From Candidatus Thalassarchaeaceae archaeon (GTDB lineage: Archaea > Thermoplasmatota > Poseidoniia > Poseidoniales > Thalassarchaeaceae), in assembly GCA_045568075.1 (NCBI GenBank), contig JBJLBP010000001.1, forward strand, positions 249,232 to 313,231: DNA of 64,000 nucleotides. The letters are read 5' to 3'. The position numbers were made by a program, and so were the translations under genes. Positions 8,311 to 18,500 of this stretch are shown piece after piece. Numbering within the stretch: the first letter of the stretch is position 1; each line of letters starts with the position of its first letter. The notes beneath the pieces are model-generated. The model saw nothing but the letters and a program-made list of their open reading frames with translations. It was not told the origin of the DNA and did not search any database.

Positions 8311-10731
8311 ATGGGTTCGAAATTAGATCGTTCGGAGTCGCAGAGCGCCGCGGCAGAAGTCGATGAGGCGAGCGCGGACGATACGCTTGCCCAATCACTC
8401 CGAATAGAACGCGTCGCCGTCATTGGCAGTGGTGTCATGGGCGCTGGAATTGCTGCACATTGCGCAAATGCCGGCTGCGAAGTAATGCTTCTAGACATCG
8501 TCCCGGAAGGAGTCGAAGATCGTGATTCTTTGGCCAAGGGAGCAATCACCAAGATGCTCAAATCTGACCCGGAGATGTTGATGCATAAATCGTATGTAAA
8601 ACGTATCACTGCGGGTAATATTGAGGACCATCTCGAACTCCTGAAAGGCTACGATTGGGTCGTCGAAGTTATCATTGAAAACCTCGAAATAAAGCGTTCT
8701 CTTTACGAGAGATTGATAGAACATCTGGGCACCAATACAATACTCTCATCCAATACTTCAACACTGCCACGTTCGGCTCTGACACACGGAATGCCGCACG
8801 ATATAGCCAGCCGATTCCTCATCACTCACTTCTTCAATCCGCCACGATATCTTCCTCTTCTGGAAGTCGTGGCGGGGCCAGAAGTCGACGACTCGGTCGT
8901 CGCACGCTTTGCCGAATTCGGTGATATCCAACTTGGCAAGCGTGTCACATTCTGCAACGACACACCCGGATTCATCGGCAACCGCTTGGGCGTGTATTTT
9001 GTCCAACGAGCCATCAAGGCGACACTTGACCATGGATTCACAGTCGAGCAAGCCGATGCTATGCTTGGCCGACCAATCGGCCTGCCAAAAACCGGCGTTT
9101 TCGCATTGATGGATCTCGTCGGCATAGACCTGATTCCCCACGTCATGGAAAGCATGCTAGCCCACTTACACCCAGAGGATGCATTCCACGAAATCGCTGG
9201 CGCCGGAGACGAAATCATCCGTGAAATGCTAGCCGACGGTTACACCGGACGGAAGGGAAAGGGAGGCTTCTACCGACTCAACCGTGAGGGTGGTGGCAAA
9301 GTCAAGGAAGCGCGTAACCTCAACACAGGAGAGTACGTTGTAGCCAACCGCAAGGCAGCATTCCCCTCGGCTAAAATGTCCAAACAAGGACTTGGCCGAC
9401 TTCTCGATCACCACGATGAAGGTGCAGCCTTTGTCAATGAGGTACTGCTAGACACGTTCTGCTACGCAGCGAACCTCGTTCCAGAGGTCACCGAGGACAT
9501 CAGCAACATCGATGGAGCCATGCGTGTGGGTTACAATTGGAAGCTCGGACCGTTTGAGATGATGGATAAAATTGGTGCAGCAAGCATCGTTAAGCGTCTC
9601 GAAGCCGCTGGAAAATCAGTCCCAGAATTCATCGCTCTCGCAGCCGAAAAAGGTGGCTTCTACACAACAGAAGAAGCAGAAATCAATCGCCTTACACCGA
9701 GTAGCACGCGAGCCAAAGTCGTCAGAGGTTCAGACACTCTCACTGTCGCTGACCTCAAGCGCCGTGGCAAGCCTCTCCGACGCAACGCCAGTGCTAGCAT
9801 ATGGGATGCTGGCGATGGCGTACTACTCATCGAATACCATTCGAAGATGAACGCAATGGACCCACTTTCGATGGAGATAATCCTCATGGCGGTCGATATG
9901 GCTGATTTCGGCGATTGGAAAGGCATTCTCATCGCCAATGATGGTAAGAATTTCTGTGCCGGAGCCAATCTCGGGCTCGCCCTATTCGCTGCAAACCTCG
10001 CAGCTTGGAATGAATTAGAGGAGTTCATCGGACTCGGCCAAGAAGCCTATCAGGCACTCAAGTATGCTGAGGTTCCAGTAGTAGCAGCCTCCACTGGGGT
10101 TTGTGTTGGAGGAGGTGCAGAAGTCCTCCTCCATTGCGACGCCGTACAAGCCCACGCCGAGTCATACATTGGACTAGTCGAAGTGGGCGTTGGAATCGTC
10201 CCTGGATGGGGTGGTTGCAAGGAGATGCTCGCCCGCTTACGCGACTTCGGTATAGCAGCCGGCGGGCCGATGGGCCCGGTAATGCAAGCCTTCGAGATGA
10301 TCGGCACAGCCCAAGTAGCCAAATCAGCCGAGCAAGCACGAAGAATGGGCTTTCTGCGCCCGGAAGACCGTATCACAATGAACCGCGATCGACTCATCGC
10401 CGACGCAAAATCGACTCTTCTCGAACTAGCCCAAGATTACACTCCACCAGAACCGCACACGTACAACCTCCCTGGTCCAACCGCGAAGGCCGCACTTGAC
10501 ATGGCGGTTGCCGACCTCGCTCGGTCCGGCCAAGCCACCCCACACGATGTCGTCGTAACCGCTGAGCTCGCTCACATCCTCTCCGGCGGTGACACAGACA
10601 TTCTCGATGATCTCAGCGAGGATGACATCCTAGCGATGGAACTCGCTGCAATAGCAAAACTCTCGCGTGACGAAGCCACTTTGGCAAGGATGGAGCACAT
10701 GGTTTTGAAGGGGAAACCGCTGAGGAATTGA
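8311..10731 (+). CDS. Fused 3-hydroxyacyl-CoA dehydrogenase (N-terminal) / enoyl-CoA hydratase (C-terminal)
   Basis: 806 aa. N-terminal Rossmann VAVIGSGVMGAGIA and HFFNPP (HCDH). C-terminal crotonase fold (FCAGANLG...GGGAEVLLHCD). Confidence 0.9.
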   Translation: MGSKLDRSESQSAAAEVDEASADDTLAQSLRIERVAVIGSGVMGAGIAAHCANAGCEVMLLDIVPEGVEDRDSLAKGAITKMLKSDPEMLMHKSYVKRITAGNIEDHLELLKGYDWVVEVIIENLEIKRSLYERLIEHLGTNTILSSNTSTLPRSALTHGMPHDIASRFLITHFFNPPRYLPLLEVVAGPEVDDSVVARFAEFGDIQLGKRVTFCNDTPGFIGNRLGVYFVQRAIKATLDHGFTVEQADAMLGRPIGLPKTGVFALMDLVGIDLIPHVMESMLAHLHPEDAFHEIAGAGDEIIREMLADGYTGRKGKGGFYRLNREGGGKVKEARNLNTGEYVVANRKAAFPSAKMSKQGLGRLLDHHDEGAAFVNEVLLDTFCYAANLVPEVTEDISNIDGAMRVGYNWKLGPFEMMDKIGAASIVKRLEAAGKSVPEFIALAAEKGGFYTTEEAEINRLTPSSTRAKVVRGSDTLTVADLKRRGKPLRRNASASIWDAGDGVLLIEYHSKMNAMDPLSMEIILMAVDMADFGDWKGILIANDGKNFCAGANLGLALFAANLAAWNELEEFIGLGQEAYQALKYAEVPVVAASTGVCVGGGAEVLLHCDAVQAHAESYIGLVEVGVGIVPGWGGCKEMLARLRDFGIAAGGPMGPVMQAFEMIGTAQVAKSAEQARRMGFLRPEDRITMNRDRLIADAKSTLLELAQDYTPPEPHTYNLPGPTAKAALDMAVADLARSGQATPHDVVVTAELAHILSGGDTDILDDLSEDDILAMELAAIAKLSRDEATLARMEHMVLKGKPLRN

Positions 10732-10740
10732 GGTGAGAAA

Positions 10741-12543
10741 ATGGTAGTTTACAAGGCACCCTACGACGAATATGAATTCCTATTCCACGAAGTTTTTGAC
10801 GTCCTGGACCTAGCAAAACGCCTTGGCCACGAAGATCTCGATCGCGACTTCATCCGTATGGTAATGGAGGGTTGGGGGAACTATTGCACTGAAGTTCTCC
10901 TGCCTCTCAATGAGGTAGGAGACCGTGAGGGATTGGTTTTCGAATCCGGTGAGGTGACGATGCCTAGCGGATTCGTCGATGCTTGGAAGGAAGGTGTCGA
11001 GGCAGGTTGGTTTGCCACTACTTGCAGACCTGAACATGGTGGTATGGCCTTGCCTCAATTCGTTCGCAACGGCGTCGATGAGATTGCGATTTCAGCGAAT
11101 ATGTCGCTTTCGGTTGTGCCTGCTCTTGGACTCGGTGTCTACGAGTTGGTGACTAATCATGGTGTGCAGGAATTAATCGATCATTATGGTGAATACTTGG
11201 CCAATGGACATTGGTGCGGTACTATGTGTTTGACAGAGCCGCACGCTGGCACCGATTTGGGAATTATTCGTACAAAGGCGGTGCCGCAAGATGATGGTTC
11301 TTATCGCGTGACTGGGACGAAGATTTTCATCACCGCTGGTGAGCACGATTTGTCTGAGAACATCGTCCACATGGTGCTCGCTAAGACTCCTGGTGCGCCC
11401 GAGGGTACGAAGGGAATTTCTCTCTTCATCGTTCCGAAATTATTGCCAAAAGACTGGAAGTCTGGTAGCGTTGAGGGGCTTTCTCGCGAGCTGAGTGATG
11501 CCCGAAATGGAGTTACTTGTTCAGGGATTGAAGAGAAGATGGGGCTGCATGCTTCACCAACCTGTGTACTGAATTTTGATGACTCAGTCGGATGGCTTGT
11601 AGGTGAATTGAACTCCGGCATGTCGCTCATGTTTGAGATGATGAATCGCGAGCGATTGGCGACAGGAATGATGGGTCTAGGACTTGGTGAAATCGCTTAC
11701 CAAAACGCTCTCGCTTGGGCACGAGAGCGACGCCAGGGTCGAGACCTCAAGGGAATTCGCGACCCTTCGCAGGCGGCGGACAATATCCTCGTCCACCCAG
11801 ACGTCCGCCGGATGTTACTCACTGCTAAGGTCAACAACGAGGGCTGCCGAGCCCTCGGTGTTTGGGTAGGCACGCTGCTCGATCAATTACATTCTGATGA
11901 AGATGAAACCCGAGAGCGTGCCGAGGCGCTCATCGCACTACTCACACCGGTCGTCAAAGCCCACTTCACCGATCTCGGCTGTGAGACGACCAGCACTTGT
12001 ATGCAGGTCATGGGTGGTGCTGGTTATTGCTCGGAGTATGGCGTCGAGCAGTTCTATCGTGATGTACGAATTTCCAAGATTTGGGAAGGAACCAACGGAA
12101 TCCAAGCACTCGATTTAGCCGGCCGTAAAATCACTCAAGATCTCGGCCGAAACCTGCGATATTTGATGTGGCCTCTCGCCGAATTCATCGAGGAGAACCG
12201 CGATATTCCGGAGATGGCGGAGTTCAACAAACCGCTTCATAAAGGCGTTCGTGGCCTCCAGCAACTCACCTTGCTAATGATTAGTCAAGGAATGGGTAAT
12301 CCCCACTTCCTCGCGGCTGGCGCAACCGATTACTGCCGCTACTTCGGCAATATCATGCTCGCGTACATGTGGGCAAGGATGGCGCGCGTCTGCCTCGAGC
12401 ATCCAGACTCTGATTTCCATCAAGCGAAACTAGCTAGTGCGCGTGTTTTCTTCAGCCGAATCTATCCGGAAACCATCTCATTGGGAGCCAACATCCAGGC
12501 TGGACACAAGGATTTGATGAATTATCCAGAGGCGATGATGTGA
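10741..12543 (+). CDS. Acyl-CoA dehydrogenase (long, 600 aa)
   Basis: CLTEPHAGTDL, FIVPK, CMQVMGGAGYCSEYGVEQFYRDVRISKIWEGTNGIQ are ACAD motifs. Confidence 0.9.
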   Translation: MVVYKAPYDEYEFLFHEVFDVLDLAKRLGHEDLDRDFIRMVMEGWGNYCTEVLLPLNEVGDREGLVFESGEVTMPSGFVDAWKEGVEAGWFATTCRPEHGGMALPQFVRNGVDEIAISANMSLSVVPALGLGVYELVTNHGVQELIDHYGEYLANGHWCGTMCLTEPHAGTDLGIIRTKAVPQDDGSYRVTGTKIFITAGEHDLSENIVHMVLAKTPGAPEGTKGISLFIVPKLLPKDWKSGSVEGLSRELSDARNGVTCSGIEEKMGLHASPTCVLNFDDSVGWLVGELNSGMSLMFEMMNRERLATGMMGLGLGEIAYQNALAWARERRQGRDLKGIRDPSQAADNILVHPDVRRMLLTAKVNNEGCRALGVWVGTLLDQLHSDEDETRERAEALIALLTPVVKAHFTDLGCETTSTCMQVMGGAGYCSEYGVEQFYRDVRISKIWEGTNGIQALDLAGRKITQDLGRNLRYLMWPLAEFIEENRDIPEMAEFNKPLHKGVRGLQQLTLLMISQGMGNPHFLAAGATDYCRYFGNIMLAYMWARMARVCLEHPDSDFHQAKLASARVFFSRIYPETISLGANIQAGHKDLMNYPEAMM

Positions 12544-13598
12544 TTCATGAAGGCCGCCGGCAGAAGTTCCAACGTAAGGCTCGCCGGGCGGCAGCTTATG
12601 CAAAGACTCCAGTTCGATGGACTCCGAGTATCCCAACGATCCTCTCGTTGGTTTTCACCATCGAATTTCTGAGTATCTTGCTCTGGCCGGAACTGAAAGA
12701 TAACCGAGCCTTCGTACTCTTTGTCGGGCTTTCGATTCCAGTTGGAGCATGGCTCTTCGTCTATTGGAAAATCTACCTGTCAGTATTCACCACGCCGACA
12801 CGAAATTATGTCGATGTCACAGATGAGCGCTGGCGCGACATCAGATTCTACGGTTGGGGTGAAGAGGAACTCAAGGCGAAGGTTTTGCCCGGTGCCGACG
12901 ATAATCGTGACCTTATTCTCTATCTTCATGGTTACAGTTCATCCCTCGGTCGTGGGGAGACTCGCTGTCAACATCTGAACGGTCTCGGCCCTCATGTCAT
13001 CGGACTCGACCAACGTGGTTTTGGAAGACAGGACGGTCGCCTAGATTGGACGCTATTGAAGGCGACCGCAGACGCTGAGGCTCTGCTTGAAACCGCTCCT
13101 CAATACCTCGGTTTTGAGCCCAATCGCGTCTGGATTTATGGCCATTCAATGGGGGGCTTCATTACCATCCGTCTGGCCAGTCATCCATCCGGATGGTGGG
13201 AAGGAAAATTACAGGGCATTATTCTCGAATCCCCCGTCACTTCCTTCCCCAAAATCATCGACGAAAAATTACCCGGGCGCATGGTCATGGCAAAACCATG
13301 GGTAAGGCATGTCCTGCGCCGCGAATACGAACGCATTCACCCTGATCTAAACGTCCGCTACGCCAATTCTGAACTACCATATTGGGGTACTCCGAAGGTG
13401 CCCTTTCTGGTGATTCAGTCAGCCGAGGACGAGGTCCTCGGCTTGGACCACTATGACTTGCTAACTGAGCACCTCAATCCCAACGATTCTAATTCCTCCA
13501 TCCACCTCATCGAAGGTATGCCACATACTGCGACTGTTGACCAGCCCGTGCGTGCTGAATTGGTTGAGGGATGGTTGGAAGCAAAATTGGCGGAATGA
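12540..13598 (+). CDS. Membrane-anchored alpha/beta hydrolase
   Basis: Two N-terminal TM helices. HGYSSS and nucleophile elbow GHSMGG. Start overlaps the ACAD stop (ATGA). Confidence 0.6.
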   Translation: MIHEGRRQKFQRKARRAAAYAKTPVRWTPSIPTILSLVFTIEFLSILLWPELKDNRAFVLFVGLSIPVGAWLFVYWKIYLSVFTTPTRNYVDVTDERWRDIRFYGWGEEELKAKVLPGADDNRDLILYLHGYSSSLGRGETRCQHLNGLGPHVIGLDQRGFGRQDGRLDWTLLKATADAEALLETAPQYLGFEPNRVWIYGHSMGGFITIRLASHPSGWWEGKLQGIILESPVTSFPKIIDEKLPGRMVMAKPWVRHVLRREYERIHPDLNVRYANSELPYWGTPKVPFLVIQSAEDEVLGLDHYDLLTEHLNPNDSNSSIHLIEGMPHTATVDQPVRAELVEGWLEAKLAE

Positions 13599-13601
13599 AA
13601 T

Positions 13602-13880
13602 ATGGATTTGAAGAAGCGATTTGAGCGTGCCACGAAGCGAGTTTGGAGACTCAAAGAACGACCTGACGACATGATTCTGTTGGAGCTTTACGCGCTCTAC
13701 AAACAGGTGACTGAAGGAGATGCCCGAAGCCCGCGACCAATCAGAGACGGTTTGGCCGGAATGGCGAAGTGGCGTGCTTGGCGCAAATTGCGCGGAATCA
13801 CCGTCAATGAGGCGATGGAGCGCTATTGCGGCATTGTAGATAGGCTGATGTCTGGCGGTGCAAATCCTGCTGTGAGTTGA
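13602..13880 (+). CDS. Acyl-CoA-binding protein (ACBP)
   Basis: 92 aa; LELYALYKQVTEGD...KWRAWRKLRGITVNEAMERY matches the ACBP fold signature. Confidence 0.7.
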   Translation: MDLKKRFERATKRVWRLKERPDDMILLELYALYKQVTEGDARSPRPIRDGLAGMAKWRAWRKLRGITVNEAMERYCGIVDRLMSGGANPAVS

Positions 13881-14383
13881 GTAGAATGATCGATGAAGCC
13901 CGACTTCAAAGCGAATTGAAGAGGCTTTCAGGCTGGGCGCGCTTCCGCGCTTTCACAGTTCTCTCGATGCCTTCGGCCGCTTTTGTCGGATTGCGTTTTG
14001 TTCGTGCTGATGAAGAAGTCTGTGTGACTTCTATACCCGGCGGTTGGCGCTCGCAAAATCCTTTCAAAACGATGTACTGGGCGGCTCAAGGTATGGCGGC
14101 CGAACTTGCGACAGGCGTCGTTCCATTTGCGATTTCGCGAACTACTAAGCGCGGTATCCGTATGTTTGTTGTTGGTACAGAAGCGACATTCGTCAAGCGC
14201 GCGAAGGGCAAGATTGTATTCACTTGCGAAGATATTGCTGCCGCGCGCGCAGCGATCGAAGAGACCCTTACTACCGGTGAGAAAATCGATCTCGATCTAC
14301 GCGCTGTCGGACGAGACTCGGATGGAGACATTGTCTCAGAGTGGGTGTTCAAGTGGAACTTCCGTGCTCGCGAGAACCAGTAG
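13877..14383 (+). CDS. Hotdog-fold thioesterase-like protein (DUF4442/PaaI-like)
   Basis: 168 aa, translationally coupled within the beta-oxidation operon. Weak family-level resemblance only. Confidence 0.5.
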   Translation: MSRMIDEARLQSELKRLSGWARFRAFTVLSMPSAAFVGLRFVRADEEVCVTSIPGGWRSQNPFKTMYWAAQGMAAELATGVVPFAISRTTKRGIRMFVVGTEATFVKRAKGKIVFTCEDIAAARAAIEETLTTGEKIDLDLRAVGRDSDGDIVSEWVFKWNFRARENQ

Positions 14384-14405
14384 AACCGCAAGGTGGGGGA
14401 GAAAC

Positions 14406-15377
14406 ATGGGAATGAGTACATCTTTCACCGAGCACGCTGGAGTCGAACACCCAATCATCTGCGGAGCAATGTATCCATGTTCGAACCCCGAACTAGTTGC
14501 CGCCGCCGCTAATGGCGGCGGAATGGCAATCCTTCAGCCAGTCTCGCTAACCTACGTTCACGGCTGGGATTTACGAGAAGGAATCCGCTACATTCGAAGC
14601 CTCACGGACCAACCGATCGGCTTCAACGCCCTCATAGAAAAAGGCTCCAAGAAGTACATTGAGCGCATGTCGGAATGGATCGATATCGCTCTTGAGGAAG
14701 ACATCCGCTTCTTCGTCACCTCCCTTGGAAAACCCGATTGGGTTTGTGAGCGCGTACACGCAAAAGGTGGATTCGTCTATCACGATGTGACCACACGCAA
14801 GCACGCGTTGAAAGGAATCGAATGCGGAGTCGACGGCCTAATCTGTGTCAATAACCGAGCCGGCGGACATCTTGGAACCGATTCAGCAGCAGCGATGTAC
14901 GCCGAACTAAGCGATCTTGAAACTCCCCTAATCTGCGCGGGAGGCATCGGTAGTGAGGAGGAATTATCCGAGGTCATGGCAATGGGTTATGCTGGGGTGC
15001 AAATGGGTACTCGATTCATCGCTACGAGTGAATGTAATTCTCCAGATGATTACAAGCAAGCGATCGTCGATGCCAGTGAGGAAGACATCGTCTGGACCAA
15101 CCGACTCACAGGAGTCCCGATATCGGTAATTCGCTCTGAAGGCTACCAGCAAGAAAATAGCTGGGTGATGCGAAAATGGCTTTCAAGCCGTTGGAAACAC
15201 TCTGCTAGAATGTTCCTCAATTTGCTTTCCTTCACCAAACTTCGTCGCCTCGAAAAAGGCAAGGGAAGCACAGCGAAGAAAAAGGAATTTTTCTCGGCGG
15301 GCAAGAGTGTTGAAACGGTTCACAGCGTCGAATCAGCGACCGTAATTATGGCCCGTCTTGGGCAATCTCTTGCTTAG
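14406..15377 (+). CDS. Nitronate monooxygenase / FabK-like FMN-dependent enoyl reductase family protein
   Basis: MGMSTSFTEHAGVEHPIICGAMYP...AGGIGSEEELSEVMAMGYAGVQMGTRFIAT matches NMO/2-nitropropane dioxygenase motifs. The upstream extension of ORF 14106 is rejected (overlaps the preceding gene). Confidence 0.8.
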   Translation: MGMSTSFTEHAGVEHPIICGAMYPCSNPELVAAAANGGGMAILQPVSLTYVHGWDLREGIRYIRSLTDQPIGFNALIEKGSKKYIERMSEWIDIALEEDIRFFVTSLGKPDWVCERVHAKGGFVYHDVTTRKHALKGIECGVDGLICVNNRAGGHLGTDSAAAMYAELSDLETPLICAGGIGSEEELSEVMAMGYAGVQMGTRFIATSECNSPDDYKQAIVDASEEDIVWTNRLTGVPISVIRSEGYQQENSWVMRKWLSSRWKHSARMFLNLLSFTKLRRLEKGKGSTAKKKEFFSAGKSVETVHSVESATVIMARLGQSLA

Positions 15378-15466
15378 AAAATGAGCCACCGATGGCTCCG
15401 AAGTAAACCGTATTTAGCGGCCTGGAAATTAGGATAAACTTCCGGTTAGAGAATCATACGAAACAA

Positions 15467-15490
15467 CCCATCGGCAATGGCATCGATGGG
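15467..15490. terminator. Hairpin CCCATCG-N10-CGATGGG in the convergent intergenic region
   Basis: Perfect 7 bp inverted repeat seen in sequence between the NMO gene (+) and the PIN-domain gene (-). Function unproven. Confidence 0.2.
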
Positions 15491-15566
15491 ATATCTCTCT
15501 CACCCGGCAGGGTCATCATAACAACTCCACAAGTGGTACACATTGAATCTACGATAGCGACGTTGC

Positions 15567-18500
15567 TCATAATACTTGTTTTGGCCGACTAACGTGTCTA
15601 TTCAATTGCTGAGCAGTCCAAATCGCCCCAAATCCGAAGCTATCATGCAACGCGCGCGCTATTAGCATGAAATCAGAATCGCGTGTTGCTACCAGCACGC
15701 AGCCAACATCTGGGATGGTTGAGGCTGCGTGAACAGCAGAATCTCGCATTATATCGAGATCACCCAACTCCGGGTAAATCTCATGGCCATCGATCACACT
15801 GCGAGGAGGCGGATCATCTCGGGCCAATTGCTTAGCCTCAGAGATCTTCTCGTAAATTGCAGAATGCCTAACCAAGAAAGAGTCGAGATCGACGGCGTCC
15901 TTCTCTTCAGCATCAACCTCGGCCCTGAACGATCCGAAGGTCCTCAGAACCGATTGTACCCGCTCCTGTAACAGTTCAGGGCTAACCGTATCATCCCAGG
16001 ATTTGCGATCGACATATACATCGTTGAACAGAGCCAGAGCAACCTTGGGATTTCGAGTACGGTTGAGGAATTCACCTTGTGCCGAGGAAGGGATGCAGAG
16101 GTGAACACGGCCTTCCTTTGCCCTACGCTTGAGCATCCAAACAAAGGCCCTCTCAACAGTCCAGTCGAAAGTACCGAAGCTATCTTGTGAAATTTGACTG
16201 AGCAGGTCATCCTTCAGTGCGTCGATGAGGATATTCGTGTCGACGAGCACCAATGGCCTTAGCGCGAGGTGGTTGAGAGAACTTCTCTGACGTACTGGAA
16301 TCGTGCGACTGTGGCGGCGGAATAGGGCCTTTTGTGAGCGGACAAGAGTCTGAATTTGCCGCAAATCAAAATTGCCTGATTGAATCGCAGTTTCGAACAT
16401 TCTAAGACCGCGAATTGTAGATATTTCAGCAACTTCCTCTGCGATGAGAGTGATCTCGAGAACGTCCTTTCGTTCATTGAGTTCGAGCAAGAATCTACCT
16501 TCCAATTCGCTTCTCCTACTACTCTCCCTTCGGCGCATCATCATCTGCGCTGCGAGCACTCTTCCACGGAATGGGTCTTCCGGTAGTCTATGTTCAGAGG
16601 CATAACGCAGCGCCCGATCGAGAACTTCGAGTCGGCGCTTCACAGCTTCTCTGTCGATACCATCTATCTCTGGGTCCCCTGGTTCTCGCTCGGTGGTGTA
16701 TTCGATGATGCGTTGGGTGGCGACTTCGTTTCTTCCTGCGACCGCGTCGGCACAGGTGCGCAGATACAATTGGAATCTCGAAGTCACCGATGCGATCAAT
16801 TCTGGGTGATGATCGATCAGGTTGACAGCCTCTTTCCATCCTCCCGCATGAGCGAATTCGATGAGTGATTTTCGAAGTAGTAGTGCAGAGCGTTCGAAGT
16901 CGTCCCGAACCTTCATCGCCGCATCGCGGAAGGAACGAGCCGCGTTGATACGATCATCCTTCGAACGGGCGATGGTGGCTCTGACTGTTTGATGCTCGGC
17001 AGAGCCATTGTCGTGCTGTCTGTACCACATCTCAAGCTCAGGTATCGCAGCATCGTGCTCGATTACAAGATCGGTGGCAAAGCGAATGCTACGCATCGCC
17101 ACTTCGTTATCCAAGCATAGCGTACCTAGAGCAGCCAGAGCGGAATCGCTCCGTTCTTCTATTCCACTCTGCAAATCCATCGTCGCTCGATTCAACCGAA
17201 GCGCGTTGACTAGGGCTGTGAATAGGCTGCGCTCAAGATATGTCAGTTGAGCATTCATCACAGTCACTTCTAGAGTTTCGATTCGGTTCTCTCGGACCAA
17301 TCCATCTCCTTCCGCAGAGAGAGCTCGACGGACTTCATTGAGAGCGAGCACGCCGTCGGAATCCAACTTGTCGTGAACAGCATCCATTCCAGATGAAATG
17401 CCGCTCAGTAATGCGATTAGTGAAGATGCCGCGCTGGTCAAAACCTCATCCTCATCAGTATCCGCCAGAGCGAGTATTGCTCGCCTGCGCATGATTTCGA
17501 GATCCTCGAGCACCGTCACAGCTTGTGAAGCAGCGATTAGATGCCAGACGAGAAGAGCTCGGTGAGGGAATTGCGAAGCGAGCTCTGTGTGCGCGAGGAA
17601 TTCTCGGCTGAGGCCACCAACATCGGCTGAGAGTGTGTGAATATCGAGAACCTCTTCCTCGATTCCAAGTTCCTTGGTCGAGAGGATATTTGCGGCTCGT
17701 TTCCTGATGTTCAGAGGAGCTGCGTCATCGCGCATAACAGTGAGAACGACTTCATCGGAGGCCTTCTCCATCGCCTTGACGATTCTATCGACCAATCCAC
17801 CTTCGTCAATCTGATTGATTAGACTCAGAGCAGTGCGCATCTGTGACTCTCCATCGATATCCAAACCATCGAGCATCCCTGATGCTTCGTCGGAACGTCC
17901 GGCTCCAACTAAGCCCTCGATGACGCTCCAACGGAGAGAGTCGGGAGCGGAAAGACCCGCTTCATTGAGTATTTGCAACCCACCCATCAAGAAATCGACC
18001 TCACTGTCCTCATCCACCTCGAATTTCTTCCAAGCTTCAAGGCGAATCGCCGACGAAAGTGCATTTTCACCATCTTTGGTAACGCCATCCCGCCACTCAC
18101 CTCCATCTCCTACTCTCAGTGAGAGAAGTTGAGATTGAGCCGAGGCAATCTCAGCAATATGCTCGGAATCGATTGCCGCGAAGAGCGAAATTGCCTCTGT
18201 ATCTTCACTTGCTGCGAGCAGCATTGCTTCCAAAACCGCCGCATCACCACCCAATCCGCGAAGAGCGGGATCCATCCAAGCCTTCCACTTCCGCGGTCGT
18301 GCTCTACCTGAACGAAGGTCGCGGATGATTTGCTGCATCGCTGAAGCCTGGTGAATATCGAGGTTTAGTGTAGAGGCATCCAACCACTCGAGCAAGGAAT
18401 CACGGTCCATTGGATCGAAGTCAGCACGGATGACCCATTCATGAGAATCGACAGATACAGTATCTTCCTCTGAGATGGGAAATCGGCCTAATTCTGCAAG

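Noticed and set aside
14106-14405. Upstream extension of the NMO-like ORF (start at 14106)
   Set aside because: It overlaps the preceding hotdog gene in another frame. The Met at 14406 gives the canonical NMO N-terminus.
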